Made by a program: the position numbers and the translations under genes. From Candidatus Latescibacterota bacterium (GTDB lineage: Bacteria > Latescibacterota > UBA2968 > GCA-2709665), in assembly GCA_965248435.1 (NCBI GenBank), contig OZ252100.1, positions 2,496,001-2,560,000 on the forward strand: a stretch of 64,000 nucleotides of DNA, given 5' to 3'. Position 1 is the first letter of the stretch. The number at the start of each line of letters is the position of its first letter. Of the stretch, positions 9,523-19,507 are shown piece by piece. Under the pieces are notes generated by a model. That model was not told the DNA's origin, did not search any database, and worked only from the letters and a program-made list of their open reading frames with translations.

Positions 9523-11058
9523 TCAGAGCTCGAAACGGGCCTCCACTTCCGCGAGGACAATCCTCGGGATATCCTCCTGCTTCTCCACAGGGTAGACGCA
9601 GATGTTCTTGGACGGATTCACGGCCTCCCTGAACCGTTCTGTCTCCTGGCTCCTGCCCACGTGAACCGCGGTCACGCGACATTGGGCCCCCTGAAGGTAG
9701 CTCGTCACCGCCTCCAGATTCGTAATCTGCATGTCCGTGATGATGAAAATGTCCGATCGTTCGCGTCTCAACAGATCGAAATCGGGAAGGTGAAGCGCCG
9801 TCCCCCCGCCGAAGTAGCGGCACAGGGCGCCGTAGACCTTCCTTCTGTCCCGGGTGAACGGCACCATCTCACGCCCCCCTGCGGGGGCGTCGCTGAAATT
9901 GTAGACCGCAACGCTCCGATCTCGATTCAGGTAGGCGTCCACCGCGCATCCCGCGCCCAGAACCGCATACGACAGCTCCTTGCACGGATTCGTCATGCTT
10001 CCGGACGAGTCGATCACGACGAGGCAGTCCGGGGTACCCTCATCCGTCCCGTGCGTCTCCCCCTGCTTGCGTTCCCAGACCTGTGAAATCCCGGGAAGCA
10101 CCTTTCCGAAGCTCGTCCAGACGTCGATGTCTTCCACTGGACGGCCCACCTCCCACGGCGAATGAGAATGGGGATGCAGTCCGCCCACCTTCTCCATCGG
10201 GAGTGTTCGGACCCGAAGGGCGTAGGACCCTGCCCGATTCATGTAGAACAGGACGTCCGCATCACTCGGAATCCCTTTTCCCCGCCCCATCCCACCCTCC
10301 GGCAGGTTTCCGGTGACCTCCAGCTCTTCACGGAAATCCTCTACCATCGCTCGAAAAGCGTAATACCCTCGCTCTGCGAATCGCTGGAGCCCCTGGTCGA
10401 CCTCTTCCGCGGAGTACTGCTGGGCGCCGTGGGATCCCATCATCCCGTCTCCATCCAGTCCGGTCCGATCCTCCTCTTCTTCGAGCAGCGGCGCCACGAC
10501 GTTTGAAAACGCCTTCAACGCCTCCCCCCAGCGCGCGCGATCCAGATACGGAATCCGCGAAAGTCGCGAAACCGCCTCCGGCTCGATCTCGACGCCGAGG
10601 TCGACGCCCCAGATCCGCTGATACAGAGCCCTGAGCACCTCCTCGACCCCGCCCCCGCGCACCTGTCGATACAGCTCCGGCAGCCTCGAGTCGCGTTCCT
10701 TCACGCAGTGTGTATCCACGACGACATCCGAAAAGTAATTCACCACCCGCTTGACTAGCTCGCCGTCCAGCAGCACCGGCTTCAGCTCAGCATAAAGCGC
10801 CAGGTGGGTATCGAAGTCCCAGGGACAATACGTATGGTGCGCCACTCCGTGGTCCAGCAGAGCCTCCACCACCTCCTCTGCCGGGAGTTCCGCTGCCAGT
10901 TCTTCCACGTGCGCGCGGCTGAGACCGAGCTGCTTTCCGACCATCTCGATGCGAACGGCCTCTTCATCGTCCGAAATCTGCGGCACGGGCAATTCAGGGA
11001 AGAGATGCCTCTCTCTGACCTTCGGCCAGACGTTTTCTATGATCTGTTTCAGATCCAT
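9523..11058 (-). CDS. VWA (MIDAS) domain protein with N-terminal degenerate metallopeptidase-like region
   Basis: IDSSGSM, GGT, IITD MIDAS residues; LDHGVAHH..CPWD in N-terminus; ATG at 11058 abuts upstream stop. Confidence 0.8.
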   Translation of the reverse strand: MDLKQIIENVWPKVRERHLFPELPVPQISDDEEAVRIEMVGKQLGLSRAHVEELAAELPAEEVVEALLDHGVAHHTYCPWDFDTHLALYAELKPVLLDGELVKRVVNYFSDVVVDTHCVKERDSRLPELYRQVRGGGVEEVLRALYQRIWGVDLGVEIEPEAVSRLSRIPYLDRARWGEALKAFSNVVAPLLEEEEDRTGLDGDGMMGSHGAQQYSAEEVDQGLQRFAERGYYAFRAMVEDFREELEVTGNLPEGGMGRGKGIPSDADVLFYMNRAGSYALRVRTLPMEKVGGLHPHSHSPWEVGRPVEDIDVWTSFGKVLPGISQVWERKQGETHGTDEGTPDCLVVIDSSGSMTNPCKELSYAVLGAGCAVDAYLNRDRSVAVYNFSDAPAGGREMVPFTRDRRKVYGALCRYFGGGTALHLPDFDLLRRERSDIFIITDMQITNLEAVTSYLQGAQCRVTAVHVGRSQETERFREAVNPSKNICVYPVEKQEDIPRIVLAEVEARFEL

Positions 11059-11059
11059 C

Positions 11060-11770
11060 TCAGCTTCCCGTTTCTGCGGACGTGCCGGACGCCTCCGAAG
11101 GATAGACCCTCCGGCTCCGGTGGTAGATCTCCCCGCCGAGCGGCTTCCCCATCCCGCCGATCTTTCCGAACAGGTGGATCTCGCCACCGATCATCTGCTC
11201 TCCGATGAAGCGACCCGCTTCCCCCTTTATGTCCGTCCGTCCTTTCGTCATACCGGCTCCAAGATAGCGACCGACATTGCCACGGACTTCGAGATGACCC
11301 CCATCCAGCGAAATCCCGACCAGGTCACCCAGGTCGCCCTCCACTGTCAGGCTGAGTCCCGTCCTCAATCGATAGCCAAGAAGCGGAATGCGTGTGCCGC
11401 GCGTCCCGAGGTTCATCCGGATTTCGGTCGACGTGCAGGCGTTGCACAGGGCGGACAGATACAGCCCCAGGGGACCCATCAGAAAAAACCCCGGGTCACT
11501 GCTCTGCGTCGCGTGGAGACAGAAGGCCTCGATATCCAGGGCCTCGAACTCTATCTCCGCAACGATTCCTTCAGCGTGTTCATATACCCGGACGATCGAA
11601 TCCGCGTCCGGCTGCCAGGCACCCTCATCCGCTTCGTCGGAAACGAGCAGTTTATATCCGTCCTCCAGCCGGGACATCACCGAGGCGTGAGCCTCCAGAA
11701 TCTGATCCAGGGGGATCTTCCGCTCTGGCGGGGCCGCGTAATCGCGAAACTCTTCGAAGGGGTTGTTCAT
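11060..11770 (-). CDS. GXGXG beta-helix protein (FwdC/GltB C-terminal-like)
   Basis: Repeats VEGDLGDLVG, VRGNVGRYLG.GM, IKGEAGRFIG.QM.GGEI. Confidence 0.75.
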   Translation of the reverse strand: MNNPFEEFRDYAAPPERKIPLDQILEAHASVMSRLEDGYKLLVSDEADEGAWQPDADSIVRVYEHAEGIVAEIEFEALDIEAFCLHATQSSDPGFFLMGPLGLYLSALCNACTSTEIRMNLGTRGTRIPLLGYRLRTGLSLTVEGDLGDLVGISLDGGHLEVRGNVGRYLGAGMTKGRTDIKGEAGRFIGEQMIGGEIHLFGKIGGMGKPLGGEIYHRSRRVYPSEASGTSAETGS

Positions 11771-11841
11771 CTCACCTTAGGTAAAAATCGTGATCTACGG
11801 ACCACGGACCGCTCAAGCCCAAAACATCACACTATTCATCC

Positions 11842-11870
11842 CGCGGTCTGCCGTCTGTGGTCTGCGGTCC
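11842..11870 (+). repeat. CTGCGGT heptamer array between AAA and beta-helix genes
   Basis: cgcggt ctgccgt ctgtggt ctgcggt. Confidence 0.65.
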
Positions 11871-11879
11871 GATATGGCT

Positions 11880-13226
11880 TCACTTTGCTTCACCCATCGG
11901 GACCGGCGGCTCCATCCCCAGGTCCCGCATGATCTGGGCGTAGATGGGATGATCTCCCTCCACCGCCTTCTCCTCCGCGCCATCGAAGATCCTGCAGGCC
12001 GTCGCGAGTGCGCCCTTGATCCGATCGCCCTGTTCACTGTAACGTCGGAACACCTCTCGTACAGCCTCGCGGGTGCGGTGAATCGGAAGGATGTCCTGCC
12101 GCCTGCCATCGACGCCGTTATGATCATCCCGCCACTGGACCCGATGAGCGGAAGCGTAGGGGAGGACGGCACGCAGGTGCTCCACGTCTACGGTGGCACT
12201 TCCTGAGAGCCAGGCCAAAGCTTGTGCATATCGACGGACAGACATCGGGAGACGATTCGACGGACAGTTCGTAACCGCGTAACAGAGATACCCCGTGTAA
12301 TGGCATCCCTCTCCGCAGACTTCGTTCGACCGCTTCTGGCCGTACTTGCAGCAGAAGGACAGCTCTGCCAGATAGGTTCGCATAAACCCGCTGGCATCCT
12401 CGTCAAAATCTAATCCCGCTACCTCCGCACGAGCGGCATCCCGCTCGGCCCGACCGAGGGTCGGCACGCCAAGTCGTCGTTCCAGGGCGGCACCGTATCC
12501 ATCGCAGACCGAATCCAGCCCTTCAAGGCCGTTCGGCTTCTTCAAGCAGTCTCGCAGCGCGGTCTCGTGTTCCTCGTCCCGCAGCAGGTGATACGGAGGG
12601 TCTTCCTTACCGATCATCCACGACAGGTTGGGACCGGGGTGCTTCGATTCCACCATCACGTCGAACCGATCCAGAAGGGGCGGCACGATCGTATTCGTCC
12701 CTCGATCCTGATAATTGCACGTCGCGAAAAGGGAGAACTCCCGATTGATCACCGCCTGGTTCAAGTAGGTCCAGTTTCCACGGTCCACGCCGTCCAGAAT
12801 CATGCTCTGTTTCGTCTCCGGAAGGCGGTTGATCTCGTCCACCACCTTCACCGGAAGCAGGGCGAATCCGGACCAGACGACCTCCTCGATCCCCTTGTTG
12901 AGCTGCCCCAGGTCGGGACGTCCCACGATCTTTTCCTCGGTCTGTTCGGGGTGTCCCGAGACCTCCGCCTCCCAGATCGTCCCCAGGGGAAGCCGGTAAA
13001 GCAGCGCGCCGATATACTCGGCGGATGTCGTCTTTCCGAGTCCGGGCTCCCCGACGATCAGCTCCTTGCCGCCGACCAGTCCCGTCAGCAGGCCGAACAG
13101 GACGGCCGCGTTCTGCTGCTCCCCTTTGACCTCCAGATCAGGCCGATTGAAGTAGAGCCGGTCCTGAATGAACGCCAGAATGTCCTTCAGCTTTCCTCTG
13201 AGTGCATCAGAATTCATTCGTGCCAC
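11880..13226 (-). CDS. MoxR-like AAA+ ATPase with Cys-rich insertion
   Basis: Walker A GEPGLGKT, Walker B VVDEINR, ATCN, LLDRF; CCKYG..C...CHY..YLC....C cluster; start may be 13217. Confidence 0.85.
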   Translation of the reverse strand: MARMNSDALRGKLKDILAFIQDRLYFNRPDLEVKGEQQNAAVLFGLLTGLVGGKELIVGEPGLGKTTSAEYIGALLYRLPLGTIWEAEVSGHPEQTEEKIVGRPDLGQLNKGIEEVVWSGFALLPVKVVDEINRLPETKQSMILDGVDRGNWTYLNQAVINREFSLFATCNYQDRGTNTIVPPLLDRFDVMVESKHPGPNLSWMIGKEDPPYHLLRDEEHETALRDCLKKPNGLEGLDSVCDGYGAALERRLGVPTLGRAERDAARAEVAGLDFDEDASGFMRTYLAELSFCCKYGQKRSNEVCGEGCHYTGYLCYAVTNCPSNRLPMSVRRYAQALAWLSGSATVDVEHLRAVLPYASAHRVQWRDDHNGVDGRRQDILPIHRTREAVREVFRRYSEQGDRIKGALATACRIFDGAEEKAVEGDHPIYAQIMRDLGMEPPVPMGEAK

Positions 13227-13374
13227 CCGTTTTCATGCTGAGAAACGGAAAATAAAATATCCAATGTCCAATGGGAGAGAGCTTGCCCCGGTATGCCTAA
13301 AGCCGGGGTGCTTTAAGCGGGGGATGCCGAGCCCCTCGACAGGCTCAGGGTAAACTCCGCGAGGCAGGATGAGG

Positions 13375-13424
13375 GCCCGTGTTTTGCCTTCCCGGTACCC
13401 GTTCTTTGCTTTCCCGGTACCCGC
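13375..13424 (+). repeat. GGTACC-core repeat, two tandem units
   Basis: cccgtgttttgccttcccggtacccgttctttgctttcccggtacccg. Confidence 0.8.
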
Positions 13425-13427
13425 TCT

Positions 13428-14228
13428 TTAAGGGCGATCCTCTGCCCGATCCTGCGGAACGTATCCCACTACCTCTCTGGCGTGTTCGATGTCCACCCAG
13501 ATGTACTGATTATTCGATATCCCATAAAAGATGTCGAACCTGAGCGCATCAGGCGCATCCACGCAGCGCTCGGCGAGCTGCACCACGTCCCGCTGGCTGG
13601 ACCAGACCGGGGCGAGCGCCAGACTGACGGGCCGGTCCGGGGCGTTGACGGCTCCGATCCGAAGGCAGATGCATGAAAGCCCGTGCACGTCCGAGTAGAT
13701 CCTGGCCAGTGCTTCACCCCACACCTTGCTCGCCGAGTAGGGCTCCGTCGGCCGCGGCGGATCCAGGTGCGTCACCTTTGGAATCTCAGCAGGAACGTCA
13801 TCAAATCGACCCTCTTTGATTGCCTTGTAAGGCTCATCGAACTGGTAGCCCCACGAAGCCATAATCGAGCTGGCGAAGACGATCCGCTTCACGCCCGCCA
13901 CCCTGCTCGCTTCGAACACGTTGTAGGCACCGATCATGTTGCTGGACAGAATCTGCTCCCAGCTCGCCTGGGGCCGCGGATCCGCCGCCATCTGCACGAC
14001 CACATCCATCCCCTCTACGGATCGCCTCACGGCGTCAAAATCTGAGAGGTCGGCCAGAAAGAACCGGTCATCCGGGATGTCCAGGACCAGGTCCTGGGAG
14101 ACGCGCTCCGAAGGCACTCGCCTTCGGGCAAGGGCATAGACCTCATACCGATCCGTCAGCTGGACTAATCGTTGATAGATGGCCGCGGCAATCAGTCCGT
14201 ATACGCCAGTAATAAGAACCTTCTGCAT
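13428..14228 (-). CDS. NAD-dependent epimerase/dehydrogenase (uronate dehydrogenase-like)
   Basis: VLITGVYGLI, N.IGAYNVFEA, VFASS, YSASK.WGE, CLRIG. Confidence 0.85.
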   Translation of the reverse strand: MQKVLITGVYGLIAAAIYQRLVQLTDRYEVYALARRRVPSERVSQDLVLDIPDDRFFLADLSDFDAVRRSVEGMDVVVQMAADPRPQASWEQILSSNMIGAYNVFEASRVAGVKRIVFASSIMASWGYQFDEPYKAIKEGRFDDVPAEIPKVTHLDPPRPTEPYSASKVWGEALARIYSDVHGLSCICLRIGAVNAPDRPVSLALAPVWSSQRDVVQLAERCVDAPDALRFDIFYGISNNQYIWVDIEHAREVVGYVPQDRAEDRP

Positions 14229-14346
14229 AGAACAATCCTTTAGGTAGGGACGGTGATTTTCCATCCATGCCAGCCAAAATCTCAACCATAATTGGGATAA
14301 ATTCCGTCCATGTCAAACGGATTCCTCTAAAGGTCGATGAATTTCG

Positions 14347-14374
14347 TTGACAGGTTTTTCGGCCTGTCTATATT
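14347..14374 (+). promoter_or_regulatory. sigma70-type promoter for pyrH-purD-purE
   Basis: TTGACA-16 nt-TATATT. Confidence 0.6.
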
Positions 14375-14420
14375 AGGCCAAGATGGCTGCCCAAACCTAC
14401 CTTAACGGAACTGCTGCGGA

Positions 14421-15155
14421 ATGAGATACAAGCGCATCTTGCTCAAGCTGAGCGGCGGGGCGATCGCAGGCGAACGGGGATTCGGATTTGATTCGACCTC
14501 GCTGGACTACATCGCCGACGAGATCCTCAGCGTTCACGAACTCGGGGTACAGATTCCGAGTGTGATCGGGGGTGGGAACATCTTCAGAGGGGAGCAGGGC
14601 GCCCAGTGGGGCATCGAGCACTCCGAAGCGGACAACATAGGAATGATGGCCACGGTCATCAACAGCCTGATGCTACGCGGCGTTCTAACTGCGAGAGGGA
14701 AACACGAAGTCCGGGTGATGACGGCGATCCCGATCAACACCGTTGCCGAGCCCTATATCCGGCTTCGCGCCATCCACAACATCGAGAAGGACTACCTGAT
14801 CCTGCTCGCCGGAGGCATCGGTAACCCCTACGTCACAACCGACTACACCGGGGTTCAGAGGGCGTTGGAGCTTCGAGCAGACGCCATCTTCTTTGCCAAG
14901 CATCAGACCGACGGGGTCTATACAGACGATCCGAACGAAAACCCGAAGGCCAAGCGTTACCGAAGGGTCAAGGCGGCCACCGTCATCCAGAAAAACCTGG
15001 GGGCGCTCGACCAGTCGGCCGTCCTCCTGGCCCGGGACAATGACCTCCCCATTCACGTCTTCGATTTCGACCAGGAGGGATCTATGCGCCGAATCCTGGA
15101 AGGCGAGGACGTCGGCACCCTGATTTCCCAGGTGTCCGAAGACGAAATCGAGTAG
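14421..15155 (+). CDS. pyrH: UMP kinase
   Basis: KRILLKLSG, IGGGNIFRG, AD.IGMMATVIN, GNPYVTTD, DGVYTDDP. Confidence 0.9.
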   Translation: MRYKRILLKLSGGAIAGERGFGFDSTSLDYIADEILSVHELGVQIPSVIGGGNIFRGEQGAQWGIEHSEADNIGMMATVINSLMLRGVLTARGKHEVRVMTAIPINTVAEPYIRLRAIHNIEKDYLILLAGGIGNPYVTTDYTGVQRALELRADAIFFAKHQTDGVYTDDPNENPKAKRYRRVKAATVIQKNLGALDQSAVLLARDNDLPIHVFDFDQEGSMRRILEGEDVGTLISQVSEDEIE

Positions 15156-15277
15156 CAGACTCACATCCGCTTTACAGGTCGAGCAGCAAAGAGGCCCGTT
15201 CGTTCTCCTCCGATTGATCTGATCCGTCCGAACACCACAACCCGTCAATCGAACAAGCAGGAAGGAGAGGCGCCCCG

Positions 15278-16564
15278 ATGAAGATCCTCGTCGTGGGGAG
15301 TGGGGGTCGCGAACACGCCATCGCCTGGAAGATCGCGCAGAGTCCGCGCGTGACCCAGCTCTTTGCCGCGCCAGGAAATCCCGGCATGGCCCGCCAGGCC
15401 GAGTGCCTCGATATCGGAGTCGATCAACTGGATGATCTCATCTCGTTCGCCGAAGCGAAAGAGATCGACCTGACCGTCGTCGGTCCCGAAGCGCCTCTTG
15501 CGGCCGGCATCGTCGACCGCTTCAAAGAAAAAGGCCTGCCGATCTTCGGCCCCACTCAGGCCGCAGCTCAGATCGAATCCGACAAGGATTTCGCACTCGG
15601 CCTGATGCATCGACACAACATTCCCACGGGTCGTTTCGAAACCCATACAGACGCAGAATCGGCGCTGCACTGCCTCCGGGATTGGGGCGCCCCGGTGGTG
15701 CTCAAGGCCAATGGGCTCGCAGCGGGAAAAGGGGCCATCGTCTGTCAGACACTGGAAGAAGCGGAACACGCCGTCGATCAAGTGATGGTCCAGTCTACCC
15801 TGGGGTCGGCCGGGGACAAACTCGTAGTAATGGAATATCTGGAAGGGGAAGAGGCTTCGATCTTCGGGTTCACGGATGGAAGCGACCTCGTCTGCCTTCT
15901 ACCGTCACAGGACCACAAGCCAATCGGGGAAGGGGATACCGGGCCCAACACAGGAGGAATGGGCGCCTACGCGCCCGCTCCCGTCGTCACCCCCGATTTG
16001 GAACGTGAGATCATCGAACGAATTATGCAGCCCACCGTCCGCGCCCTGGCGCAGGAAGGCCGGCCCTACACAGGCATCCTCTACGGCGGTATCATTTTCA
16101 CCGCAGAAGGCCCCAAAGTCATCGAGTTCAACTGCCGGCTCGGAGATCCAGAGGCCCAGGTCGTCCTCCCCCTCCTCAAAACCGACCTCGTCGAGCTTTT
16201 GCTGGCGGTGAACGAAGGCAGACTCAAAGACCTCACCGTCGAGATCGAGGATCGAGCGGCAGCCTGCGTCGCGGCCGCCTCGGGCGGATATCCCGGGAGC
16301 TACGAAACCGGTCTCCCGATTTCTGGCATCGGGGAGGCCGAGGCCCTCGGTGACGTCGTCCTGTTCCACGCAGGCACCCGTCTCGAGAACAATCAACTCC
16401 TCACTTCCGGCGGGCGCGTGCTTGGCGTCACCGCTATCGGTGACGACATCCCCGCGGCGCTTCAAAAGGCCTACGACGCGGTCCAGAAGATCGAATTCAA
16501 AGACATCTACTACCGTAAAGACATCGGCTACCGGGCGCTCGGACACATCGAGGCGAACGCCTGA
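15278..16564 (+). CDS. purD: Phosphoribosylamine-glycine ligase
   Basis: [56 protein letters not shown]. Confidence 0.97.
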   Translation: MKILVVGSGGREHAIAWKIAQSPRVTQLFAAPGNPGMARQAECLDIGVDQLDDLISFAEAKEIDLTVVGPEAPLAAGIVDRFKEKGLPIFGPTQAAAQIESDKDFALGLMHRHNIPTGRFETHTDAESALHCLRDWGAPVVLKANGLAAGKGAIVCQTLEEAEHAVDQVMVQSTLGSAGDKLVVMEYLEGEEASIFGFTDGSDLVCLLPSQDHKPIGEGDTGPNTGGMGAYAPAPVVTPDLEREIIERIMQPTVRALAQEGRPYTGILYGGIIFTAEGPKVIEFNCRLGDPEAQVVLPLLKTDLVELLLAVNEGRLKDLTVEIEDRAAACVAAASGGYPGSYETGLPISGIGEAEALGDVVLFHAGTRLENNQLLTSGGRVLGVTAIGDDIPAALQKAYDAVQKIEFKDIYYRKDIGYRALGHIEANA

Positions 16565-16584
16565 CCGAATCGGAGGTTGACCTT

Positions 16585-17043
16585 ATGGCCAGTCCACTCG
16601 TCGGTATCATCATGGGCAGTAAATCGGACGAACCCGTCATGCAAAAGGCCGCCGCGATCCTGGACGAGCTCGAAATTCCTTATGAAATGACCGTCTCCTC
16701 CGCCCATCGGAAACCCGGTCCGACCGCCGACTACGCCAGCACCGCGGCCGAGCGGGGTCTGAAGGTCATCATCGCCGGCGCGGGTCTCTCCGCCGCCCTG
16801 CCGGGTGTCCAGGCGGCACACACCACGCTTCCCGTCATCGGCGTCCCCATCGCCTCGGGGGCACTCAACGGCGTGGACGCCCTCTATTCGATCGTCCAGA
16901 TGCCACCCGGCGTACCCGTCGCCTCTGTCGGCATCGACAACGCGCGCAACGCCGCAGTCCTAGCAGCACAGATCCTCGCCCTCAGCGACGAAGGCATTCG
17001 CAAGAATCTCGAGGCCTACAAAAAGGGGCTAGCCGAAGGCTAG
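16585..17043 (+). CDS. purE: N5-CAIR mutase
   Basis: IMGSKSD, SAHR, IAGAG..AALPG, PVIGVP, SIVQMP.GVPVA. Confidence 0.97.
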   Translation: MASPLVGIIMGSKSDEPVMQKAAAILDELEIPYEMTVSSAHRKPGPTADYASTAAERGLKVIIAGAGLSAALPGVQAAHTTLPVIGVPIASGALNGVDALYSIVQMPPGVPVASVGIDNARNAAVLAAQILALSDEGIRKNLEAYKKGLAEG

Positions 17044-17185
17044 CCCCCACGTCACTCCTTCACGCTCCCGATGCCTACCGGCTAATCCTCTTTCTCCTGA
17101 CGTAAACCCCTGCTTCACGTTTTGCAGTCCCTGCCTTCGCAAAGGTTACAATCAAGAAGCTTCCTTTCCGCTTCCTATTCTTCGC

Positions 17186-17884
17186 TTAGAAAAGCTTCTC
17201 CAGTTTTAACCCAACAATACGAGGGCTGTCCCCGCTTTGAATGGACATGACGCCTTCAATGATCTTCTGATACTTTACTTCTTGCTCTTGTAGTAAAGAC
17301 TCCACCCAATTCTCCAGAATCTCCTGCAGCAGTTCCGGTTCGATGCCGTCCACAGCTGAGCTGACGGCGGACTTAAGAAACTCGTCCGAGATGTCTGGCA
17401 CGAGTTTTTCCAACTCAAAAACACCTTCTCTTCGGGCGATCTCTGTCAGTTCTACAAACAACTGATTGATCTCATCGAAGTTCAGCATAGACAAGGGACG
17501 TTGAGTCGTAGTCACTATGGACCGTTTCATGGAACTGTATTTCTTGCTCAACTTTGGTTTACGCGTCGGTGCCGCTTTCGAAGAGGGCCAGGCAATCTGC
17601 CCAACCTCTTTTAGCTCCTGGGCAGCTTGCGCAATTCCCCGTTGCACAGCTTCCACCTCGCTTGCCTCAAGTTGATCGGAAAACTCCATTTCCTCTTTGA
17701 TCAACTCCTCAACCCGCGTAGAGACGTTCGAAAAGATGCGATTCCTTAGTGCTTTGCTCGCCCTGTTCATTGCCGTGGCCAGATCCCTTGTGTCGACTTC
17801 CCGCAAGAGCAATTGAATTTCGCGGTCTGTCAGCTTCGGAATATCTTCAAAGCGGATCTCTTTGTCTGTCCGTCTCTTCGCCAT
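17186..17884 (-). CDS. FliG C-terminal domain fused to MotA-like cytoplasmic segments (no transmembrane helices)
   Basis: aa ~11-100 align with the C-terminus of the two FliG proteins in this window; aa ~135-232 carry MotA motifs ARREG...LE, FL......VDG..PE....ILE and IIEGV.SIQ.G..PR; RBS AAGGAGG. Confidence 0.8.
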   Translation of the reverse strand: MAKRRTDKEIRFEDIPKLTDREIQLLLREVDTRDLATAMNRASKALRNRIFSNVSTRVEELIKEEMEFSDQLEASEVEAVQRGIAQAAQELKEVGQIAWPSSKAAPTRKPKLSKKYSSMKRSIVTTTQRPLSMLNFDEINQLFVELTEIARREGVFELEKLVPDISDEFLKSAVSSAVDGIEPELLQEILENWVESLLQEQEVKYQKIIEGVMSIQSGDSPRIVGLKLEKLF

Positions 17885-17917
17885 GACAATACCTCCTTCT
17901 TCCTCGTAAAGAGAACG

Positions 17918-18625
17918 CTAGTAGAATGCTTGGACGATCGCTAGAAACTCTTTCCAGCCCAGCACCACTGCATCCGGCTCGACCCCGTCGTTGGGATCAC
18001 CGACCCGGTTATACCAGACCCCTGTCATCCCTGCGCTCTTGGCCCCTCTTACGTCGTACTTCAACGAATTCCCCACATACCACACGTCCTTCGGTTCGAG
18101 ACCCAGTTTAGCCGCTGCCGTCTGCATGATCAAGGGGTGGGGTTTAGAAACCCCATAGTCTGCACTCGACATCAAAAATTCGAAATAGTCTGCCAGGCCC
18201 TGCCGCTCCAGTTCCGACGAAAGCGTACGTCCGCTGAAGGTCGCGTTGCTCACGATCGCCATGGGAAGTTCCATTCGAGTGAGCGCCTGAAGCGTGGATT
18301 CAATCTCCGGCTCTCGGGTGAACTTCATGGAGGTCTTGAAGAACTCGAGTTCGACCTCCTCCTGCGAAAGACTAAACGTAATCCCGTGAGCTTCGTAAAC
18401 GAGACGATGGACCCAATCAGAACGAAGTTCCAGCATCGACGCGTCCCTTCGAGCTTCCAGGTCTTCCCACAATTCCGCGACAAGATCCTGTACATCTCGT
18501 GCACTCAGGCCCCTTGGATTTTCAGCAAACTGGAGGACGTGTTCGGTCCCGGATAAAGGATCCATCCCTTCGTAGGTCAGAAGGGTATCCCCCAGATCGA
18601 ACAGAATGCCTTTCGGTCTTCTCAT
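17918..18625 (-). CDS. HAD-superfamily hydrolase
   Basis: LFDLGDTL, IVSN, KPHP, YVGNSL.YDV.GA. Confidence 0.88.
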   Translation of the reverse strand: MRRPKGILFDLGDTLLTYEGMDPLSGTEHVLQFAENPRGLSARDVQDLVAELWEDLEARRDASMLELRSDWVHRLVYEAHGITFSLSQEEVELEFFKTSMKFTREPEIESTLQALTRMELPMAIVSNATFSGRTLSSELERQGLADYFEFLMSSADYGVSKPHPLIMQTAAAKLGLEPKDVWYVGNSLKYDVRGAKSAGMTGVWYNRVGDPNDGVEPDAVVLGWKEFLAIVQAFY

Positions 18626-18655
18626 GTTGGTGTTTTGAACCATGATCAATCCTTA

Positions 18656-18713
18656 TTCCCTCTCCCATTTATGGGAGAGGGACGCCGAGCGAAGCGAGGC
18701 AGGGTGAGGGCCC
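18656..18713. repeat. CCCTCTCCC..GGGAGAGGG..GGGTGAGGG palindromic repeat
   Basis: Nearly identical to 40925-40980. Confidence 0.8.
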
Positions 18714-18721
18714 GAGGGTTG

Positions 18722-19480
18722 TTATGGCTTCATAGCAGAGAACAGCGTACGCCGAAAGGCGTAGAGGATTTTCTCCGTAGGGTAGAGCCCACGCAGCCGG
18801 GCGCGGTATTCATTCAGGAAGGCGGTCTTGACCTCGCTGGAGAGTCGGTCGAAATAGGGAAGGAGAACCGTCCCGGAGGTCCATTCCACGAGTGCGTCGG
18901 CGTCCTTCATAAGATGCGGGTACACCTTCTCGAACACCTCGATCTCCCCTCCTCCGTGCTCGTGCAGCAAGACCGCGTACTCATCTACGCTGAGCACCGG
19001 AAAGGTTCGAACCCAGCCGTTCAGGGCGCTCCGGAAAGGCTCCTCGCCGGCGATCTCAACGATCGTCCGATACACAGGATGGTGATGGTTCGACGGAAGC
19101 TGAACGGCCAGCTGGCCGCCTGGATTCAGCAGGGCCAGAAGCCGGGGGACGAGCGCCTGATGATCCGGGACCCACTGGATGGCCGCGTTCGAAAACACCA
19201 GGTCCCACTGCCCCTCTATGCTTTCGATCTCCCCGCTCTTGAACGCCAGGCCAGGCCCCACGTACTCCTTCGCCTTTTCCAACATTTCTTGCGAACTGTC
19301 GATCCCCAGGACATCACTTCCCGGCAAACTGTCCGAAAGCCTCCGGGTCATCTCGCCCGTCCCGCACCCCAGATCGATCACGGACAGCCCATCGCGAACT
19401 CCGATCAGCTTCAGCAGATCCGCGAACGGGGCGAATCGCTCCGCCTTGAACTTCAAGTAGCACTCAGGATCCCAGGGCAT
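18722..19480 (-). CDS. SAM-dependent methyltransferase (trans-aconitate methyltransferase-like)
   Basis: WDP..Y.KF..ER..P, IDLGCGTG, FSNAAIQWVPDH, LAVQLP. Confidence 0.85.
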   Translation of the reverse strand: MPWDPECYLKFKAERFAPFADLLKLIGVRDGLSVIDLGCGTGEMTRRLSDSLPGSDVLGIDSSQEMLEKAKEYVGPGLAFKSGEIESIEGQWDLVFSNAAIQWVPDHQALVPRLLALLNPGGQLAVQLPSNHHHPVYRTIVEIAGEEPFRSALNGWVRTFPVLSVDEYAVLLHEHGGGEIEVFEKVYPHLMKDADALVEWTSGTVLLPYFDRLSSEVKTAFLNEYRARLRGLYPTEKILYAFRRTLFSAMKP

Positions 19481-19507
19481 TCTTTCTCCGCGGTTTTGCG
19501 CCTTCCT

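Noticed and set aside
11060-11770. Formylmethanofuran dehydrogenase subunit C / methanogenesis (together with the ComB-like gene)
   Set aside because: Only the generic GXGXG beta-helix is present; no fwdA/B or comA; both families are widespread outside methanogens.
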